From Cyanidioschyzon merolae (lineage: Eukaryota), in assembly GCA_000091205.1 (NCBI GenBank), contig AP006490.2: a stretch of 64,000 bases of DNA; one strand, 5' to 3'. Position 1 is the stretch's first letter; every line of letters begins with the position of its first letter. The notes beneath the pieces were generated by a model, which was given only the letters and a program-made list of their open reading frames with translations, was not told the origin of the DNA and searched no databases. Made by a program: the position numbers and the translations under genes. Below, piece by piece: positions 10,854 through 20,469 of this stretch.

Positions 10854-11897
10854 ATGGCTCATGTCTCTGAAGGGTCTTTCGATGCGGACCAGATTAACCA
10901 GATACGGCTCTCGGTGAGTCGCCCCACGAGCAGCGAGTGGAGTCAGGTGCACCTGCTCCGCGAGCGCTTAGAGCGAGCCAGCCTGCTCGTAGATCCGGTC
11001 ATACGGCGTTGGGCGACTGATCGATGTCTACGTCGTTATCTGAGAGCGCGAAGTCACAACTTAGATCGCGCTCTTGACATGATTCGCCGGTCTATTCAGT
11101 GGCGACTGGAGTACCACCCGGAGCAGCGGTTTTGTCGAGCGTGCAAGGCGAACCCGCGCTCGCACACGTATCGTCGGGTAGGTCGCACGTTGACGGGACA
11201 ACCCGTGATGTTCTCGACCTTTGTCGGCGTCGAGAACTATGATCCAGCGGATAACATTGAGCACCTCTCCTCTGGAATTGAGCACGCAGTTGGTGTCAAC
11301 GCAAGATGGCCCGATCTAGACCCTTTCCCCGAAACCTATGTATGGGTTTTGGATTTCGCTGGCTTTCATGCAAGACACTTGAGTCCCGGAGTTGGGCGAG
11401 CGAGTTTGGCACTGTTCAGTGATCACTATCCTGAGCGGTTGCAGCTCGCAATAATTCATGATGCTCCGGCGATTTTTCGCGGACTTTGGTTCGCATTGAA
11501 ACCATTTATCGATCGGCAAACATGCAAAAAAATCCTTTTCATCCGACGAGCACATGCTGCAAAGTTGTTCGAGAGAATCTTTCCGCCAGAGCTCTGTGAA
11601 TGGCTCGAGAAAGAGCTGCGCGAGGTTCGCGACAAACGTGTCGCCCGTGAGAAGCAGTGGTGGCGTGAATGGTGTCCTGCCTGGGACGACGACAAGAAAC
11701 CGCTCTCGGAGCTTTTCCCAGGAGTGGTTATACCTGAAAAGGGCCCTCTCGAAGGCAACTCGCGTTGCACGCAGTGGATCCGCATGGGCGCCGTCGACGA
11801 TGCGATGGAAGTCAGCAAGAATTCCGATGAAACATTCTATGATGCAATGGAAAACGACTTTGGGTCTAGTACGTTCGCGAGGCATCACGCGGCTTGA
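10854..11897 (+). CDS. SEC14/CRAL-TRIO domain phosphatidylinositol-transfer-like protein.
   Basis: CRAL-TRIO signature region: VLDFAGFHARHLSPGVGRASLALFSDHYPERLQLAIIHDAPAIFRGLWFALKPFIDRQTCKKILFI. ATG at 10854. Confidence 0.75.
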   Translation: MAHVSEGSFDADQINQIRLSVSRPTSSEWSQVHLLRERLERASLLVDPVIRRWATDRCLRRYLRARSHNLDRALDMIRRSIQWRLEYHPEQRFCRACKANPRSHTYRRVGRTLTGQPVMFSTFVGVENYDPADNIEHLSSGIEHAVGVNARWPDLDPFPETYVWVLDFAGFHARHLSPGVGRASLALFSDHYPERLQLAIIHDAPAIFRGLWFALKPFIDRQTCKKILFIRRAHAAKLFERIFPPELCEWLEKELREVRDKRVAREKQWWREWCPAWDDDKKPLSELFPGVVIPEKGPLEGNSRCTQWIRMGAVDDAMEVSKNSDETFYDAMENDFGSSTFARHHAA

Positions 11898-13241
11898 CGG
11901 TTCCGTACGAGTTCCTGTTCTAGAATGGGTACTTGCTTTGGCCTTGGAAGGTTGTCCGCGAATCACTGCGTGTGGAATGGAATCTCGAAACCGCAGGAAG
12001 CCCGACGCATGAGCCCGCGCGATGGGATACTGGACGCCGTATCGAGGATGAATGCCCTTACGGAATCCCGCGTTTTAATCGGAAACCTCTCTTCTGTGAA
12101 TTAAGTCGAATGAGTGAAATACGTGAACGAAAAAGAGCATTCGATTTGCAAAGGATACGTGCAACGTTCCCCGAAAGCCGACGACTGGAGGTCGCTCGTG
12201 GGAGGGTGCTCGTCCGCCTCGACAGGACGATGCGCATCAGCGGTGCTAGTGAGGCTCTCCATTCGTGTGCGAGCGTTCTTTCTCGCGATACGACGCTGCG
12301 CTGTGGAAGGATGCCCCGTCAGAGTGCGCATCTACTCGAGGGCAGGCCACGGAATACAGCACCTCACGAGCAAAGACACGGACTCGCGCTAACGAGTCCA
12401 AATAAAACTCGCTTCGTGCAAATATCACGAATTGGCAACTGTTTTGGAGGCATGACGATGCACGAAGTGGATCTATCTATCGCTGAACCACAGGATTCTC
12501 TGATACTTTAAATGAGGGCGGAAGCAGTGCGGTTTGACGGTCTCGTAAGCGAACTCCTCTAGCTCTGGTCAACTGGCAACTCGTAAACTGTTCGCATACA
12601 CATGCGTCCCTGTAAGTCATGGACTTTACATCCTGACGCAACCTATACGTTTTATGCGTCAACATAGGAGCAGTCCTCATACCGGTAATGATACCTATTC
12701 TAGGATGCTTCTGCAGCTTCAGTCGGCGCTCGAACAAGGCCGGGTACGAGAAAACGCGGATATCGTTCGAGGCGACGCATTCTACTGCAAGATGCTCGAT
12801 GCATGTGCACTGGGCGTTCTTGGTTCGCTCGGAAACGTATCGAAAAGCCTTGCTCTGCGAATTATCTCGCGACGGTGAGAACACCATCATCAGATCGACA
12901 TCGATCCTGCTAAATGATTTCCCAGCGGAATGCTCGCTCGGAGACCGCTGCTGGTTTCGAGCGTAACCGTTCAATGTTTGAGCACGGACCCAGAGAAAGG
13001 GTTTACAGGACGCTGACACGATAGTCTAGAGAGCTACGTCGCCGAGCGATGGAGCACCCAGCGGGGCGTCTTCATTCGTTCTCATGAAAATCTCATAGAG
13101 GACTAGCGACTTTTGCAGTGTGTGCAACCCATGCATGCGTCAGTACCCTCATTTGCAACCAGAAACGAATCGTTCATCGAGCACCAGTCTATGTGGGATG
13201 CGATCGCCTCTAGTGACGAGAAGGGATCAACCACTCTCTGC

Positions 13242-13688
13242 TCAGGGACCAGCGCGGCCAAGCTTTTCCTTGAGCACTCGCAAAAGTGGCTCAGCCTTGT
13301 CCGGCTCCAGTCGGGGCCCGCCACCGGGATGGCGGATCAAACCATCACCAGGTTTGCGCGGAATAATATGGATGTGCACGTGCGGCACAACCTGGCCGGC
13401 CTCCCGTCCGTTATTTACCAGTAGGTTGTATGAGGGTGCACCCACCGCCGCTTTGATCGCTTTTCCTAAGAGAGGCACTCGCGCGAAAACCGCGGACACC
13501 TCCTCGGGAGGCATCGTCTCGAGCACCTCGTGATGCGACCGCGGTACCAGTAACGTATGCCCCGAAGTTGCTGGAAACAGATCGAGAAACGCAGTACAAT
13601 TCTCGTCACTGAAAACCTTGTAGCATGGAAGCTCACCACTAATGATTTTACAAAAGATGCAGTCTTGTGCTGGGTCTGACGAGGCCAT
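13242..13688 (-). CDS. HINT: HIT-family (HINT-like) histidine-triad nucleotide-binding protein.
   Basis: CIFCKIISGE.. and the histidine triad HVHIHIIPR. The likely start is MASSDPAQDCIFCKII at 13688; the track ORF extends upstream to 13850. Confidence 0.8.
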   Translation of the reverse strand: MASSDPAQDCIFCKIISGELPCYKVFSDENCTAFLDLFPATSGHTLLVPRSHHEVLETMPPEEVSAVFARVPLLGKAIKAAVGAPSYNLLVNNGREAGQVVPHVHIHIIPRKPGDGLIRHPGGGPRLEPDKAEPLLRVLKEKLGRAGP

Positions 13689-13900
13689 CCTCAGCGAGCG
13701 TCGTGAACTTGGCTCCGGAGTACCACAGCGCACCGGCCGCCTGCAAGTGAAAAGATATTGCTTCCGTGCGCACCTGCTCGCCAACTTCCCGATAGCGAGA
13801 CTTGACGCGGTCCAAGCGGGTAGTGCGCTCCTCTGCAGCGAAACAAACATAGAACCACAGTCGAACGACCCCGACCGTGTACAGTAGTGACAAACACGCC

Positions 13901-16040
13901 CTAGACAAGAAGTCGCGAACTGGCGTACAGACGCCTCCCCGTCTGTTTGGACCGGCCCCCTACTACTGCTTCCATTTTTTTCTCATATAGTTCGACTTTG
14001 AGAGGTTGTCCAACAAAGTCCTCTCTTGTCAGCTCTGGATGTCTCTGCTCCAGCACCGCACATTTCCTTATATCGATAGCGGCATTAAAATCTCGATTTA
14101 CAAACTCCATCCGTTTCTTGCTATCATTCGTTGTACTAACCAGCGCAAGTAGCCCTCGCACTTTCGCTCTCCTTCCCATTCGCTCTTCCTTCAGCGCACC
14201 CTACTTTGCTATGTCCTCAGGGCTCCGCTGGCACTTTTCCATCTCGACCCTCTGAAGTGTACAACCCAGCTCGTGGTGTGTATACGATGTTCGAAATTCA
14301 TCTATCGGCATTGTACCAAAACGCCATGCGCACTCCTTATACGTTCTCGTCGTTGGAGCTGGCGTAGTTCCTTTTTGGGTCTTCCATCGCCCTGCTCCGT
14401 ACGCTACTACGAGCCATTGACTCTCATCCTCCTTCATGGCGCTCAACTTATTGAAAAAGTTGGCGAACGCCCGCTGCTTCCCACCGTACAGATTCATTTG
14501 CAGACGAGCCCACCGGGGCTTGGTATACTTCCCCCACAGTGCATCCCAACGAGCAACGCGAACTTCCATGACTTTCCGAAAAGCTGTAAAGTCCGCCCCG
14601 CGACTCGTCACCTCGCTCAAAGCTTCCAGGTGATCCTTCATTCCTGCATTCCATGTCTCGATTTTTTCCTCGCATTGATTATAAAGGATTCTCGGTAATG
14701 TCTCTATCTTTAGAACTGAAAAAGACACATGTCTTTCTGACGTAAGTTGCCGTCAGTACCATCTTCCGCACGCTTCGGTGCTGTGATGGTTATGATATTT
14801 GTGTTTCCGGGGTCTGCGTCAACGATAAACTCGTAATCCTCTACCTCTTGCGTCGCAGGATCCTCCTCTTTCTCATCTTCATGCTTCGCCGAAGGCAAAG
14901 CCGAGGGCGGAACATGGCGATCCGCCTTCAGCCGCCCATAGTGTACACACAAGGCTACTCCATCGGTTTCGATCATCCTAACGAAGAACATCTGCTTGCT
15001 CACTTTCAGAAGTTTGAAACTGAAGATGTTCTTCCAGTACGTCTCCCGATTTTCGCCGGTGAACTCCTCCCTGCTAACATTGAACTCCGGACTGATCTCC
15101 ACCATGATGCCATAGAGGACTCTGGAGTCGATAGTCACAAAATGCGACTTGATATTGCACATTGGAAACATGTTGCAGCGCTTTCCCATTAGGAAAGCCT
15201 TCCGTCTCTCCCACTCTTCATTTTTTCCTCACTCAGCTTCACCTCTGCCTTGCGTTCGAGCTGTCGGTCCAGAAACACGAAATAGAGCAGGATGACTTGA
15301 TACCATCTTTTTTCATCAATTTTCAACTCTGATACCTTGTCTGTTGGATTCGGTAGCCCCAGTACCGCACGATGCTCTTGTATAACCGCACGGATCGCGG
15401 AAGCTTCATTCGTACTCCCTTTTGACGCCTTCTTGTCGACGAATTCGACCTCATCTTCATGCTTGCGATCGTACGTGATGCCATTGATAATCGCCCATTT
15501 TCCACTGCGAGAGATGCCCGGGTAGAGTGCAAACACGGCGTGTAACATGAAACGTTCGAGGTTCACTGTCAAATGGTTCTTCAGGTTTGTGATGTACTTC
15601 ATCGCCCCATAGCGGTAAATATCCCGGTCACCCCTGTATCGAGTACTCTCGAACCTGTAAAAGGGATGTGTTTCGTGCAAGGCATGCACTAGCATATCTT
15701 CCCTCCGCGTTTCTTCTCTACAAAGCATCGGGTGACGAATACAGGTCTTGTCGAAAAACTCGTCTGGAATCTCGACTGGTTTGACGTCCGTCACTTCGCG
15801 ATACATTTCCCTCGCCAAATGCATCAGTCCTGACGACGCCTTGAAAATACTCTCGGAGTACGAGTCGACACGTTTTTTGATAGCGTCTCGCAACTTTTCC
15901 CTGTAGGGATCCTTGATATGTTTGAGAAGACAGGTTTTCACCACCATCTTGTGGTACGGTCGTCTTTCTTGCAGCCTTCGACGTAGGGCCTCCCAATTTC
16001 GGTCCTTCTTCTTCTCCTCCTTTTCCTCTGGACTCGGCAC
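13901..16040 (-). pseudogene. Fanzor/TnpB-like RuvC nuclease gene, broken.
   Basis: Four collinear ORF pieces: 15189-16040, 14710-15189, 14201-14728 and 13901-14179. Motifs present: RuvC-I ([15 protein letters not shown]), an E-x-TS segment ([15 protein letters not shown]...EMEKC) and RuvC-III (FVNRDFNAAIDI). The ATG start is lost (cagtg where copy B has atggcg). There is a 1-nt deletion at 15189 relative to copy B (ctaatggg-aaag vs ctaatggggaag), and a second break at 14710-14728. Confidence 0.7.
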
Positions 16041-16343
16041 TGTTTTTTTTTCTGCCAGCCGGTTACCCTGGGCCTCCAGGATCGTCGACTTGGATTTTCA
16101 TATCTTTCCTTTTTTTCGTTTTTTTGAACAAGAACGCTCTTTGAACGCTTCTGTTATATACTGCGAAAAATCAATCGAATATTTTTACTTGAGGTTTGAA
16201 GCACAATCGAACTGAAAGACTGTACGTTGCTATGACCTGAGCAAAAATACAACTTTTACAGTAGATCTACACGCTAGAGATCAGGATCACGTTTCGCTTC
16301 CATGACGGAATACGCGTCTTGTCTCATGCCTGCCCGATCTACG

Positions 16344-16373
16344 AGGTGCGCTCGCTGAGCGCGTTGCGCGCAC
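16344..16373 (-). other. Boundary hairpin at the left end of element A.
   Basis: ggtgcgc / gcgcacc 7-bp stems around a 16-nt loop. The 3' arm (gcgcacctc) is the first sequence shared with copy B. Confidence 0.45.
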
Positions 16374-16796
16374 CGCGCGAGACGCCTCACCGATCGATGA
16401 AGGACACGTGTCCGACGTCGCTTCGGCACATTCGTGTTCGCATCGCGCTGCAGCGGAAATCAGCTGTCTTAGATTGGAAACTCACGTATCTAGCGCCGAT
16501 TCGCGCGTAGCGCGCCGTTGAGCTCGCACCGGCGGCCGTCGTCGCCGCCGCCGGCCGCCGGTGCCGGCCGCCGTAAAGCGCCTCTGCGCGCCAACGATTC
16601 GCGTATCGCCAGGACGTATCGTTGTGGCTTGTCTGCGGTCGGTTGCAGTTCGTACTGTGGTGGCGCAAACGTCGTCGGAAGTGTCTTTGGAGCTGAGTTT
16701 GTTGTGCGCGCGGCGAGCTCACAGTTCCCGCAGCAAAAAGTTACTCTTGCCGGTTAGTAACAGTTTTCCGACGTCGTCTTCTTGAGACCTTTTCCG

Positions 16797-18689
16797 ATGC
16801 AGGAACGGAATAGGGAGAGCGCAAAGGAGCAGTCAGCTGGCGAACCAGCACAGCAGGTGGACATGTGGGCGTCACTGATGGGATCCAGCCCGATTCTTAA
16901 ACTCGAAAAATTGAACAACGTCATGATGGAGGTTCCTCCTTGCGTCGGCTCGCTAGGAATTGAGCGTTGGTACGGACAGGACGCGCGCTACTCGAAGGAC
17001 GCTAGTGCAGGCGTCGGTGCGAACGAAGAGCAGGCGCCCGACACAAGCCGAGACTGCTCGTTTGATGAGACACTTTCCGTGTCCAGTAGCTCGACAAGCG
17101 CAGTGACAGGCGCACCCACTCTGAATACTGATAACAGAGTAGACGCACCGTTTGTCCCTGGAACAACGGCAGGCACGAGCGCGCTCCGGTTTGTGTGCCC
17201 GCGTTGCGAGCGCTCTTTCTCGTCCGCATCACACTTGCGTCGGCACACTCGCGACGTACACCAGAACGTGAGAAAGCACGGCTGTGATTTGTGCGGCATG
17301 GCCTTCAAACGACGACAACACTTGACTTCGCACTATGAGGCGTGTGCCCGCCGGTTGAGGTATCCGATGCGGCCGGATCAAAATGCATGTTTGGTAGGGA
17401 CACACCCGTCGCATGCACCGGCTGGGGTCATACAGGAGCATGGGCCCCAGCATGACGTCGCTTGCAGGACATCTGATGTGATGTTGACTGATGCGGAACG
17501 GTTCCTACCGCCGCTGAATCCAGTTGACAGTGCCCATCGACGATGTGTTCGAGGGCCAGCGGCAGCCGCTGCCGCCCCTGTGGCCTCGGAACGTCGCAGC
17601 CGTTTGCAGAAACGCGAGAAGGCGCATAGTTGTAGTGATCTGCTGCTACTCGATCAGGCGGAGCGCAATGCCGCGAAACTGTATGCGGAGTCCCGACCCC
17701 CTGCGGATTGGTTCTCAGAACTTCATAGTTCATCGCTGGCCTCGAGCGCGGCCTCAAATGAAACCGTTCTGATGGGTGAAGTCGAGTGTACCGGCGGCAA
17801 ACGCGGTAAGGGACTAGAATCTTGCTACGGCGTGCCGGGCTCCACCCTCGAGGATCGGCTAAGCTTCTTTACGAATAATTCTTCCGGGACAGGCTCGTAT
17901 CCAGACTGGCTGGCAGGATTCCGAGATGCCTCCAGTGAGGTAATGCGCGCTCGCAGTGCCTCGGATCCGAGCACCTGCATGCCGCCTCAGGATGCCCGTC
18001 GAGCAGTGACGCTGTCGCAGGCAGCACCTCATGCACAAGGCGCTGCTCTCGACACTACACTTCGAGCATCAAGGTCAGATTCCCGAGAATCCGCTGATCC
18101 GGAAATGTTGCGGATCCTGGATTCTTATGCCCGATATGTTTGTATATCGAAACTTTTTGAAGATACCGTGACCAAGTTGCGTGGCACTGATACCGGATCG
18201 GACGCAAAGTCGACAGCGGCGGCATCATCTGCAGCGAAGATGCAGCCTCCGATGCTGGATGAGCTGTACGCTATCATCTCGGAGGGTTCGCATCTGGCCC
18301 CTGATTCGGCAAGTTGTCCACATCATCAGAGCATGCCCGTGAGCTCGACCGCACCAACTGGTGCCACCACCAATGCGGCAGCTCCAAAACGGGGCGAATC
18401 GCTTCATGCTGACGCTTTAATGGCACCTGCACCACTCCCCACCAACCTCTACACCCATATTCCATCGGACACCTGTGGTGATGAGCGCTGCTGGCGAGAT
18501 GAATCGATGCGATTTCATGTTGGTGAACGCTCAGGGCGCTCGAGACCTTATCGTGAATGCCCCCAGGGCGTATCGGCAATGAACAGTGCGGGCTCAAGTG
18601 GTCGCAGCAGAGCGCCTTCTGCCATGAAGAATCGAGGGCCACCCCAGACTGGAGCATCTGGAGACGAATCCGGGTCCGGAGGGCTTTGA
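16797..18689 (+). CDS. C2H2 zinc-finger protein with long Ser/Ala-rich low-complexity regions.
   Basis: Two tandem C2H2 fingers: FVCPRCERSFSSASHLRRHTRDVH and HGCDLCGMAFKRRQHLTSHYEAC. The track start at 16782 is TTG; the first ATG is at 16797 (MQERNRES). Confidence 0.7.
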   Translation: MQERNRESAKEQSAGEPAQQVDMWASLMGSSPILKLEKLNNVMMEVPPCVGSLGIERWYGQDARYSKDASAGVGANEEQAPDTSRDCSFDETLSVSSSSTSAVTGAPTLNTDNRVDAPFVPGTTAGTSALRFVCPRCERSFSSASHLRRHTRDVHQNVRKHGCDLCGMAFKRRQHLTSHYEACARRLRYPMRPDQNACLVGTHPSHAPAGVIQEHGPQHDVACRTSDVMLTDAERFLPPLNPVDSAHRRCVRGPAAAAAAPVASERRSRLQKREKAHSCSDLLLLDQAERNAAKLYAESRPPADWFSELHSSSLASSAASNETVLMGEVECTGGKRGKGLESCYGVPGSTLEDRLSFFTNNSSGTGSYPDWLAGFRDASSEVMRARSASDPSTCMPPQDARRAVTLSQAAPHAQGAALDTTLRASRSDSRESADPEMLRILDSYARYVCISKLFEDTVTKLRGTDTGSDAKSTAAASSAAKMQPPMLDELYAIISEGSHLAPDSASCPHHQSMPVSSTAPTGATTNAAAPKRGESLHADALMAPAPLPTNLYTHIPSDTCGDERCWRDESMRFHVGERSGRSRPYRECPQGVSAMNSAGSSGRSRAPSAMKNRGPPQTGASGDESGSGGL

Positions 18690-18939
18690 ATAGAACAAGT
18701 GAAGTCTACGACAAGGAACATTATTATTTGGCGCGCAGCATTCCTGGCGCCCACATGTGCTCAATTTACGTGCGTACGCACTTGCCAGTGTGCAGGCGTA
18801 TGCGTCCATCATACCATTGCGTGCGGAAGCGCTACTTGGCAGCCTTGAATGCAACCTAAAATTCCTCCGATGGGCTGGCATGTTTGCTCACGCTCTATCC
18901 GTAGTAGATTCGATTCGAACGCGGGCCCGCACGCATTGT

Positions 18940-19185
18940 TGCTGCCTGTCGATTTTCTCCCCGAACTTTTCTTAAATGGTCAGCCTCGACATTTGAAGAG
19001 CAGCAAGAAAGGCACACGGATTCATTCGTACACTTAGGATTTGTGATCGTGTTTTTGGAGTGGCTCGTTCGATTGAATACTGCTGGAATTCGGTACGCTA
19101 CCGGAATCGATGGTAGTCGCACCAGACTCGAACAAGGGTCCGTAAAATAACCGATATTACCATTGGATTCCCATGTTCTCGAGTG
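18940..19185 (+). repeat. Dispersed repeat family R2, copy 2.
   Basis: Aligns to 7850-8110 (see that entry). Confidence 0.55.
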
Positions 19186-20181
19186 TGTTGTTCTTTTCTC
19201 CTTGCGTGTCGCATACCCGAGTCACGCATTTATCAAGTTTTTGATTTTTACGTTTTACGGCAACTCGGGCACGCAGTCACTCGCGCTACTGGAATGACGA
19301 GGAAATCAACGCAAATGCGCTCCTTGACGACGTGTACACCAGCCCATATCGAAAGATCACTATATTCATCGCACCGAGCAATGCATTCCGTTCAAATCGA
19401 AAATGCTCCTTTTCTTTATGGCATTCGACCAAACGCGATCCGAAGGCAGCGCGACACGTACGACCAGATATGCGCTCAGAGGTTCCAGATTCTTCGATTT
19501 CCATGGAAAGGCTCTTGGATTCGCACTTTAGTCATCGTTGCAACCGTTCCGAGTCGGAGGTGCGTCGCTTCTTTGCATCAAGGGAACGTTAACGGATCCA
19601 TGTTTTTCGAGTTACGCTCCCGTCTGGATTTCCGTTCGTTGGACCTGTTTCATCATGGACAACATCGCATTTAGCATATCCTCTTCTGCTCGTTGCCCCG
19701 TTCGTTCATGAGTGCGGCTCAAGTTACTGGCGAAAGGCACATTGCTCGTCTCGTGCGTCTCGTGCCCTTGATCAGCGCCTCTTTTGCTTCGATGCTCCTA
19801 CTGTCGCTTCGATGAATCCAGGATGCCTCGGCGTGGGCGCCCGCTCTCCCCCGTTGCGATCAAACAAGACATGCCCAATTCGAGGCAATGGTACAGACTA
19901 TCTGGAGATGCGTTAGGAAAATGTGGAAATATCTCTTCTTCGTGGGATACGAAACAGCTTGCGAGAAGCAGAAGCACCATCGTTTCCGTGGGCGACGTCT
20001 TCGCAAGCGGCAAGTCCATCTTCACCTCGGCGCCTCCGTCTACGGTCGATATTTAACGCATACTTGTCATGCTCACCCTACCCTCCGTGCTGAAAGGGTT
20101 CCTACGACGCGCCGCTCGTGAAGAGCTCCCTGACGCCATAGCAGATGATGACCGAGTCGTTGACCGCTCTACTCTACGTCA

Positions 20182-20469
20182 TCAATTCCTACAAGCATCT
20201 GTGGATTCTAGCGCTGGCATAGTACAGGTTCGCAAAGTTTTTCTGGCCAAGTACTTGTCTGCGTCGTCCAGGCTGCACTGAGCCGCCAAGAGTACGAGGT
20301 CCTCGACACTCGCAAAGCCGTTAACCAGAGAACCCGAGGTGCGCGCGATGTCGACGAAAGCACGGAGCAGATGCTTCGTATCCGACAAGTGCTCGAGCCG
20401 GGCAAGCGCATAAACTGCCTTCGGTGGCAATAACGCTTCAACGAAGCTCCCCATTTTTCCAGCGCGCAC
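20182..20469 (-). CDS. Possible small protein-coding gene (MGSFVEALLPPKAVYALARLEHLSDTKHLL...). Unassigned.
   Basis: A 95-aa ORF with a protein-like, non-repetitive composition in an otherwise gene-free 3-kb stretch. No motif recognised. Confidence 0.2.
   Translation of the reverse strand: MRAGKMGSFVEALLPPKAVYALARLEHLSDTKHLLRAFVDIARTSGSLVNGFASVEDLVLLAAQCSLDDADKYLARKTLRTCTMPALESTDACRN

Larger units (their letters stand above)
13830..16373 (-). mobile_element. TnpB/Fanzor-like (OrfB_IS605-family RuvC nuclease) element, copy A, ~2.5 kb, degenerate.
   Basis: Copy A and copy B align by eye from the left hairpin (16344-16373 / 36756-36774) through a ~280-bp 5' leader and the whole coding region to ~70 nt after the stop. 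See pseudogene 13901-16040. Confidence 0.7.

Noticed and set aside
12477-13019. A 180-aa '-' strand ORF and neighbouring 90-190-aa ORFs in the 11.9-13.2 kb interval.
   Set aside because: Their composition is not protein-like and no motifs are seen. They are most likely intergenic noise, though a small unrecognised gene cannot be excluded.
16402-16411. The perfect palindrome gacacgtgtc (CACGTG core) next to the element A boundary.
   Set aside because: It is a single occurrence. It could be a bZIP/bHLH-type site, but it is not distinguishable from chance in GC-rich DNA without further copies or expression data.
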